From a virus, in IMG/VR virus record IMGVR_UViG_3300015244_001866, positions 27,952-91,951 of that record: a stretch of DNA of 64,000 nt. One strand, 5' to 3'. Below the pieces are notes generated by a model. That model was not told the DNA's origin. It did not search any database and saw only the letters and a program-made list of their open reading frames with translations. The translations under genes were made by a program, and so were the position numbers. Positions 57,944 through 64,000 of the stretch are shown here, piece by piece. The stretch's first letter is position 1; every line of letters begins with the position of its first letter.

Positions 57944-60208
57944 ATGAAAACAATTGAGATTATCAGCCAAGATTTATTTGATAAAATTCGTAGCAGATTT
58001 GAAAATCTTCAAATGGGTGACGAAAATGGCGGTGTTACCATGGATCCTAGAGAAGCTAGATTCTTTGATTTTGATTTTGCTATCGAGGGTAACAATCTCG
58101 GTCGTGTTAGTATCAGTATCAACGAGCTAGGAACTTTAAAAGTATTCTATGGTAAAAGCCTTCTAGAAGACAGTGACCTCATTTCTAGAGACTTTTGGTA
58201 TGATTTTTTAAGAGAAATGAGAAACTTTGCCAAACGTAGGTTACTGCGTTTTGACACAAGAGATATAACAAAAAATAATCTTAACAAGGATGATTTTCAA
58301 TATCTTGCGGCTAATGGCCCTAAGGATGAAACTATGAATATGAGTGAATCAGCAAAATTTTCAGGCGGTAAAATGCGAAGCTACAGTGTGCTAGAACGCA
58401 CTAAAATCATTTTAAAACACAAAAAAGGTATTGAAGATGAGAGCTATGGAGCAAGAAGTAGAATCCATAATATTGAATCTATCTTTATTGAGAATGAACT
58501 GGGCGAACGCTATAAAATGCCAGTCATGTGGTTAGAAGGTGCAAAAGCCATGCAGATGCACTGCGCACATGGCGGCAAACCCTACGATTCACTAGGTGGA
58601 TCTATTATAGATATGTGCGAACAAGTTGCACAATTATCTGCGTTCAAACGCCATATGAGTCGTCATGATTCTATGAATAAAGAAGTAAATGAAATTTCTG
58701 AAAGAGCTAATTTAAAGTTAGAAAATTTAAAACAACTGGCTCACAAAATTGCCACTCGTCCAGGATACAAGGAATGGTCCGAAGGATTTGAACCAATTTC
58801 AACCATGCAGGGCACAGTAGAAATGGATCAAGCAACTTTAGAAGACTATAAATCTAAATTTACAATTCCTACTTTTAAAGAAGATCTAGCACAGTTCTTT
58901 CCGTTGATACATAGAATTATGCAGGAAGCAGGCACAGTTGATCTTGAAGATTATGTAGGTGAAACTTCCGAAGAAGAATGTAATGAATGTGGTATGTATG
59001 AATCCCAGTGCAAATGCGTTGATGTCAAAGAAGGCATCTTTACTAAATTTGAAAACTGGGCAGACGCAGTAACAGAAGGCACACTAGAACCTGATGCACT
59101 TGCTGCCTTGGCTGAATTACTAACACAAGATATCACAGTGGGCGACAGTGGAACCGCAGGCATAGAAGCACTACAAGGCATTGGTATTAACTATGAGCCT
59201 TTAGAAGATCTAATTACTGCCAAGGCAAAAATTGATCCTACAACACCATTAAAAGATGCTGTAGGTGAGTGGTTAGCAAAAGACGATCCCGAAGCCGCAC
59301 AGGAATTAGGATTAATAGCACAACCAGTAGAACAACCAGTAGAACAACCAGTTAGTCCGGAACAAGGAATGGCAGAAGGTCCAGCAGATGAACCAGTACA
59401 TCCAGATGACGACGCTGACGACAAACGTTGGGATGATATGGACGAAGCTACTGAAGATCGTACCAGTTATCAGGTAGCCCGTTATTTGTTTGATAAAGGT
59501 CTAAGGTATCAACCTGAGAATGAAAAAGAGATTATTAAAATGATCGGCGGTGCGATGATGAAAATGGGTATGAATCATAAACAAGTCCGCTATTTAATGA
59601 GCTACGACGAAGACTTTTTATCAGATACACTCAGCGAACTGCGTCATATGGAACAGGCTGTTGATGAAGTTGGTGAAAGTGCAGATATGGATAAAATTCC
59701 TGCATATATCCGCAAGCAAAAACAACAAAGTCAAGATACTGCGCAGAAATCTGTTGATCAGAAAAATCAACAAGCAGGTGCTAAGGTATGGAATAATCCA
59801 AGACTTCCTAAAGAAAACGATGGGTATGAACCAGAGCTAAAACAAGATCAAGAAAAACCTAGTATTAGAGATCTTGCTCAATGGCTAGGTGGTCATTATA
59901 ATAAAAATTATAAAGAAGAAGGATTTAAGAGTCCTTGGAGGAAAGGCACAACTGAATTAGCTATTATGGCCAAAAAAGAATTTGGCGAAGAGTACGGTGC
60001 AGTAGTTGAACGTATGGTTAGCGACATGGATGAATCTCCGTTAGCCAGAATACACAGAGAAGGCGGCCTACGCAGAGCTGAAGAAATGGACGAAGCTCTA
60101 CCTGGAGAAGCTAGTCCGTTATCTAAAGTTGATAATCCTCGTTTACCAAAGGGTCCAGAAGAAGACCAATTTGAAGCTATACTTCGTTTAGCCGGTTTGG
60201 CAAAATAA
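57944..60208 (+). CDS. Large acidic hypothetical late protein
   Basis: 754 aa. TAAATA 57933-57938. Acidic C-terminal half with QPVE repeats, ending 'ILRLAGLAK'. Confidence 0.65.
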   Translation: MKTIEIISQDLFDKIRSRFENLQMGDENGGVTMDPREARFFDFDFAIEGNNLGRVSISINELGTLKVFYGKSLLEDSDLISRDFWYDFLREMRNFAKRRLLRFDTRDITKNNLNKDDFQYLAANGPKDETMNMSESAKFSGGKMRSYSVLERTKIILKHKKGIEDESYGARSRIHNIESIFIENELGERYKMPVMWLEGAKAMQMHCAHGGKPYDSLGGSIIDMCEQVAQLSAFKRHMSRHDSMNKEVNEISERANLKLENLKQLAHKIATRPGYKEWSEGFEPISTMQGTVEMDQATLEDYKSKFTIPTFKEDLAQFFPLIHRIMQEAGTVDLEDYVGETSEEECNECGMYESQCKCVDVKEGIFTKFENWADAVTEGTLEPDALAALAELLTQDITVGDSGTAGIEALQGIGINYEPLEDLITAKAKIDPTTPLKDAVGEWLAKDDPEAAQELGLIAQPVEQPVEQPVSPEQGMAEGPADEPVHPDDDADDKRWDDMDEATEDRTSYQVARYLFDKGLRYQPENEKEIIKMIGGAMMKMGMNHKQVRYLMSYDEDFLSDTLSELRHMEQAVDEVGESADMDKIPAYIRKQKQQSQDTAQKSVDQKNQQAGAKVWNNPRLPKENDGYEPELKQDQEKPSIRDLAQWLGGHYNKNYKEEGFKSPWRKGTTELAIMAKKEFGEEYGAVVERMVSDMDESPLARIHREGGLRRAEEMDEALPGEASPLSKVDNPRLPKGPEEDQFEAILRLAGLAK
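59321..59352 (+). repeat. 12-bp tandem repeat (CAACCAGTAGAA x 2.7; QPVE)
   Basis: Seen directly in the sequence. Confidence 0.85.
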
Positions 60209-60231
60209 CCCAATATTTGCATCCTTTGAGG

Positions 60232-60304
60232 TTGCAATGATAAATAAAAGTGCATATAATAAAACGTATGCACTTTTTCTTTTTAGACAGTGAGCTAGAA
60301 AGAA
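60232..60304 (+). promoter_or_regulatory. Promoter/leader of the gp32-uvsX-uvsY operon: TTGCAA-N17-TATAAT, nested TAAATA and two inverted repeats
   Basis: -35 at 60232-60237, -10 at 60255-60260, TAAATA 60241-60246, inverted repeat 60246-60256/60267-60277, hairpin 60277-60286/60295-60304. Confidence 0.6.
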
Positions 60305-60340
60305 GTGGCACATAAAATTAAACATTAAGGAAAAATCATT

Positions 60341-61324
60341 ATGGCAACTTTAGCAGAAATTCGCGCAAAACTTCAAGCATCATCACAACAAAACGGCGGC
60401 AGCGCAACCGGCGGTGACAACGCAATTTACCCCCATTGGAATATCGCAGAAGGTACTAACGCAACAGTTAGATTCTTACCCGATGCCGATCCAAACAACA
60501 CTTATTTTTGGATTGAACGCCAAATCATTAAACTTCCATTTGCAGGTGTTAAGGGTGAGACTAACTCTAAGCCTATTACTGTACAAGTTCCTTGTATGGA
60601 AATGTGGAATGAATCCTGTCCAATCTTAACCGAAGTACGTCCTTGGTTTGACGATAAGAGTTTGGAAGACATGGGTCGTAAGTATTGGAAGAAACGTAGT
60701 TATTTGTTCCAAGGTTTTGTAGTTGATAGCAAATTACAAGAAGATAAAACACCAGAAAATCCAATTCGTCGATTTATTATCGGCTCACAGATCTTTAATA
60801 TTGTTAAGAATGCATTGATGGACAGTGAGATTGAAGAATTGCCAACAGACTATGTCCGTGGATTAGATTTCAAAATTACCAAGACCAGCAAAGGTGGTTA
60901 TGCTGATTATTCTACCAGTACTTGGGCTCGTCGTGAGCGTGCCTTGAATGAAGAAGAATTGGCCGCTATCAAACAGTACGGTCTTTTTAATCTTAAAGAC
61001 TTCCTACCTAAGAAACCAGGTGAAGTTGAACTCAAAGTTATGAAAGAAATGTTTGAAGCATCAGTTGATGGCGAAGCTTTTGACATGGAACGTTGGGGTC
61101 AATACTTTAAGCCAAGTGGTTATAACGCCCCTGCAGGCAATAAAGAAAGCAAATCTGCAAAGCCTGCGGCTCCAGTAGTAGCAACTCCTACTCCAGATGA
61201 AAGTGAAGATACTCCAGTTGAATCATCAACTGCATCTGCTCCTGCAAAATCAGATGACGGCGGCAGTGCAAGTGCTCGCGCTCAAGACATCTTGGCAATG
61301 ATTCGTAACCGTCAAAAAGCCTAA
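60341..61324 (+). CDS. Single-stranded DNA-binding protein (T4 gp32-like)
   Basis: 'ATVRFLPD', 'CPI', 'RKYWKKRSY', 'G.DFKI.KT.KGGYADYSTS', acidic low-complexity tail. Confidence 0.88.
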   Translation: MATLAEIRAKLQASSQQNGGSATGGDNAIYPHWNIAEGTNATVRFLPDADPNNTYFWIERQIIKLPFAGVKGETNSKPITVQVPCMEMWNESCPILTEVRPWFDDKSLEDMGRKYWKKRSYLFQGFVVDSKLQEDKTPENPIRRFIIGSQIFNIVKNALMDSEIEELPTDYVRGLDFKITKTSKGGYADYSTSTWARRERALNEEELAAIKQYGLFNLKDFLPKKPGEVELKVMKEMFEASVDGEAFDMERWGQYFKPSGYNAPAGNKESKSAKPAAPVVATPTPDESEDTPVESSTASAPAKSDDGGSASARAQDILAMIRNRQKA

Positions 61325-61336
61325 GGAGTTAAGACT

Positions 61337-62395
61337 ATGGGAAAAGCCTTCGATATTTCGAAGTTCCGTAAGTCTATCACTAAAAGTATTGATGGATTAG
61401 GAATAGGGTTTAACGACCCAACCGATTGGATATCAACCGGTAACTATGCTTTAAACTATCTTATCTCGGGGGACTTCTTTAAGGGAGTTCCCCTGGGCAA
61501 GGTCACGGTTTTTGCTGGTGAGTCTGGTGCAGGTAAAAGTTATATCTGTTCTGGTAACATTATTAAACATGCTCAAGAACAAGGTATATATGTAGTCTTA
61601 ATTGACTCGGAAAATGCCTTAGATAAGGCATGGCTAGAGGCATTAGGTGTTGATATTTCAGAAGAAAAATTACTGAAACTTAACATGGCAATGATTGATG
61701 ACGTAGCAAAGACTATTTCAGAATTCATGAAAGAATATAAAACAATGCCCCTCGAAGAACGTCCTAAAGTTTTATTTGTAATTGATTCTTTAGGTATGTT
61801 ACTAACTCCAACTGACGTAAATCAGTTCGAAGCAGGCGAAATGAAAGGTGATATGGGTCGTAAACCTAAAGCACTTACATCTCTCGTGCGTAACTGTGTT
61901 AATATGTTCGGTAGTTACAACGTAGGTATGATTTGTACTAATCACACTTATGCGTCACAGGACATGTTTGACCCAGATGACAAGATTAGTGGAGGTCAAG
62001 GGTTTGTCTATGCAAGCTCTATTGTTGTTGCTATGAAAAAACTCAAACTCAAAGAGGATGAAGATGGCAATAAGGTTACTGATGTGTTGGGTATTCGTAG
62101 TGCCTGTAAGATTATGAAAACTCGTTACGCCAAGCCATTTGAATCAGTTCAGGTTAAGATTCCATATACAACCGGCATGTCTCCTACATCCGGATTGGTT
62201 GACATGTTTGAGAAAATGAGTGTATTATCTAAAGTAGGGAATAAATTAGCATATACAGATAAAGAATCTGGCGAAATTATTGCTGAGTTCCGTAAGAACT
62301 GGACCGAAGATAAATTGCATATTATCATGAAACAATGGGATAGTACCGTTATTAAATCGGTTATAGAAATTGTTAATGAACTTGAGGAAGAATAA
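61337..62395 (+). CDS. uvsX: RecA-like recombinase UvsX
   Basis: 'ISTGNYALN', Walker A 'AGESGAGKS', 'IDSENA', Walker B 'FVIDSLG', 'NHTY', 'SGG.G'. Confidence 0.92.
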   Translation: MGKAFDISKFRKSITKSIDGLGIGFNDPTDWISTGNYALNYLISGDFFKGVPLGKVTVFAGESGAGKSYICSGNIIKHAQEQGIYVVLIDSENALDKAWLEALGVDISEEKLLKLNMAMIDDVAKTISEFMKEYKTMPLEERPKVLFVIDSLGMLLTPTDVNQFEAGEMKGDMGRKPKALTSLVRNCVNMFGSYNVGMICTNHTYASQDMFDPDDKISGGQGFVYASSIVVAMKKLKLKEDEDGNKVTDVLGIRSACKIMKTRYAKPFESVQVKIPYTTGMSPTSGLVDMFEKMSVLSKVGNKLAYTDKESGEIIAEFRKNWTEDKLHIIMKQWDSTVIKSVIEIVNELEEE

Positions 62396-62396
62396 C

Positions 62397-62645
62397 ATGG
62401 AAGAATCACTAATAATGGAAGTTTGGGATATATTTCGAGAGTACATCCCTGAGAAAAATAAAGACATGGCCGCTATTCAATACGTGGATTTTTTGTTAGG
62501 CAAAGATATCGATATGTCAATCATTGAATCGTTATCAGGCTATGACTCTCATCTAGATGACGCTATTAAAAATGTGTTATCTGAGGAATCGGGAGACACA
62601 GTCGAAGATGACCTTGATTATAACGAGGAAGACGAGGACTACTGA
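62397..62645 (+). CDS. Hypothetical acidic protein
   Basis: Likely start ATG 62397, 1 nt after the uvsX stop, with a GAGG SD. Confidence 0.6.
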   Translation: MEESLIMEVWDIFREYIPEKNKDMAAIQYVDFLLGKDIDMSIIESLSGYDSHLDDAIKNVLSEESGDTVEDDLDYNEEDEDY

Positions 62646-63103
62646 TGGCACGGTGGTATGCCAAGGTAAGTCAAGATATTTCTCATCTACCTGCATGTAT
62701 TGATTATTTTTATCAAGAACTTGACGATGCTCGGAAAGAGGTTAAAATCTATGGAAACATAGAAAAATCCTCTTCCGTTCTTCCTGGGATTGTAGAACAA
62801 CGATTCAATCAACTTCAGGAAATTGAAGCAGTTTTAGAGTACCTAAACATAGAACTGCGAAGAATTAAATCAAAATCATTTAAAAAATATCTCGAAAACT
62901 ATCAACGTGCCCTAAGTAGTAGAGACTGTGAAAAGTATGTTGATGGTGAAGCAGATGTAGTGGATATGGAAAAAATTATCAACGAATTTGCTCTACTACG
63001 AAATCAATGGCTAGGAATTATCAAAGGACTAGACATTAAGCAATGGCAACTTAGCAATATAATAAAATTAAGAACAGCTGGATTAGAAGACGCTTCCCTT
63101 TAA
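62645..63103 (+). CDS. uvsY: Recombination mediator UvsY-like
   Basis: Helical protein with 'KYVDGEAD' and 'IKGLDIKQWQLSNIIKLRTAG'; follows uvsX. Confidence 0.7.
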   Translation: MARWYAKVSQDISHLPACIDYFYQELDDARKEVKIYGNIEKSSSVLPGIVEQRFNQLQEIEAVLEYLNIELRRIKSKSFKKYLENYQRALSSRDCEKYVDGEADVVDMEKIINEFALLRNQWLGIIKGLDIKQWQLSNIIKLRTAGLEDASL

Positions 63104-63111
63104 GGTAGTAT

Positions 63112-64000
63112 ATGTATATTGAAGATATTATTGATAAGTTAGTTGGTGTAAGTTCGTGGATAACTCATAGCACAATGATATTTTTACAATCTAAAGACCA
63201 TCAACTGTTGTCTAGCCTTGACTCTCAACTATCTAGGTCATCATCTTTAACTGAAAAACAAAGATTTCTAGCTCTTACTATCTTAAAAAAATATTCATCT
63301 GATATTTCTATATTTTTAGGAAACGATGTAGGGCCATATCTTCAAAATCCCCAATTTAAATACCCTGCTAGAAAAATTGCAACTGAAAAGACAGTAAAAA
63401 TTACAGTTGATGATCAAAATAAAAAAATAATTAAGATTACTTTTCCTTATGAAGAAAATATAGTACAAGGAATTAAAAATTATCGAACTCAATTTATAAA
63501 AGAGATGTCCGGACCCACTTCTTATCAAAATATCGATATAAACTGGAATGGTGACACAAAATCTTGGGATTTTTTGTTATGTGAAAATCATATTAAATGG
63601 CTCGACACGTTTCTTCAAGGTCACGGATTTGAATTTGATGATGAATTTAAAAACTATTTCTTAGAAATTCAAAAAATTGAATTAGACATAGAAAATTTTG
63701 TTCCTATGGTGATTTTTGAGGATAATAAATTTAAATTTAAAAATTCTCACCGAAATATTCCGCAACCGGAAAGTACTGATCTCCTAAGAGTGTTATTTGA
63801 TGCAAAAAAATATGGAATTTATTGCTGGGATGAATCAATCAATGAGGCAATTAACGATCAATCCATCAGGCCCTTTACAAGAAAAATTTTAAAAGAAACA
63901 TCAGGACAATCTTTACCTCAAAACGGAGAAAAAATAGAATTTTCAGACCTAGAAAATTTAATAGAATATTCTAATCAGGTAATTTTTGTAATACCGGGAG
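63112..64000 (+). CDS. Hypothetical protein, 3'-truncated (missing from the ORF track)
   Basis: ATG 63112 (MYIEDIIDKL...LTEKQRFLALTILKKY...ITFPYEENIV...WNGDTKSWDF); the frame stays open to the window end. Confidence 0.7.
   Translation, partial: MYIEDIIDKLVGVSSWITHSTMIFLQSKDHQLLSSLDSQLSRSSSLTEKQRFLALTILKKYSSDISIFLGNDVGPYLQNPQFKYPARKIATEKTVKITVDDQNKKIIKITFPYEENIVQGIKNYRTQFIKEMSGPTSYQNIDINWNGDTKSWDFLLCENHIKWLDTFLQGHGFEFDDEFKNYFLEIQKIELDIENFVPMVIFEDNKFKFKNSHRNIPQPESTDLLRVLFDAKKYGIYCWDESINEAINDQSIRPFTRKILKETSGQSLPQNGEKIEFSDLENLIEYSNQVIFVIPG

Noticed and set aside
168-62370. ORF-track start sites at 168, 12858, 20289, 43621, 48077, 54068 and 62370
   Set aside because: Open upstream frame, stop/start overlaps, SD position or promoter position favour <1, 12867, 20322, 43606, 48002, 54074 and 62397 respectively.
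212-63528. Many short antisense or alternate-frame ORFs in the track (e.g. 5681-6175, 35261-35935, 44063-44521, 47122-47520, 53845-54222, 63316-63528)
   Set aside because: They are shadows of long ORFs with biased codon use, and have no RBS or promoter support and no recognisable motifs.
1-64000. tRNA/rRNA genes, introns, inteins, integrase or IS elements
   Set aside because: Intergenic gaps are too short or lack cloverleaf features. TerL and UvsX are normal length and uninterrupted. The TnsA-like ORF at 53620 is better explained as T4 gp4.

Overview
This window is part of a large T4-like (myovirus, probably jumbo) phage genome, almost all on the + strand. The host cannot be determined from it. 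(1) About 1-15 kb: giant tail-fibre-like proteins built from Cys-rich 17-aa 'GxNNIAIGxxAL' beta-roll repeats, plus a large virion structural protein. (2) About 15-34 kb: three paralogous ~1300-aa proteins, each with 24 Kelch-like repeats that group as four 6-bladed propellers. Each propeller gene is followed by a conserved 35-36 bp junction carrying a TAAATA late-promoter motif and then exactly three accessory genes (2OG-Fe(II) oxygenases, sulfotransferase, glycosyltransferases, unknowns). (3) About 34-43 kb: an S74-chaperone fibre, then an operon of GT9, carbamoyltransferase, sulfotransferase, GT-A, GmhB-like HAD, GT4 and an APS-kinase/nucleotidyltransferase fusion. (4) About 43-64 kb: T4-like core genes (neck gp13/14/15, dNMP kinase, HNH, sheath, tube, gp4, terminase, gp32, UvsX, UvsY). 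The best candidate for an undescribed system is a late-expressed, phage-encoded pathway that hydroxylates, glycosylates, sulfates and carbamoylates its own virion surface proteins, using Pro-rich propeller loops and Cys-studded fibres as acceptors. This is inferred from gene content, arrangement, promoter motifs and amino-acid composition, not demonstrated. All family assignments come from motif recognition by eye; no database searches were run.
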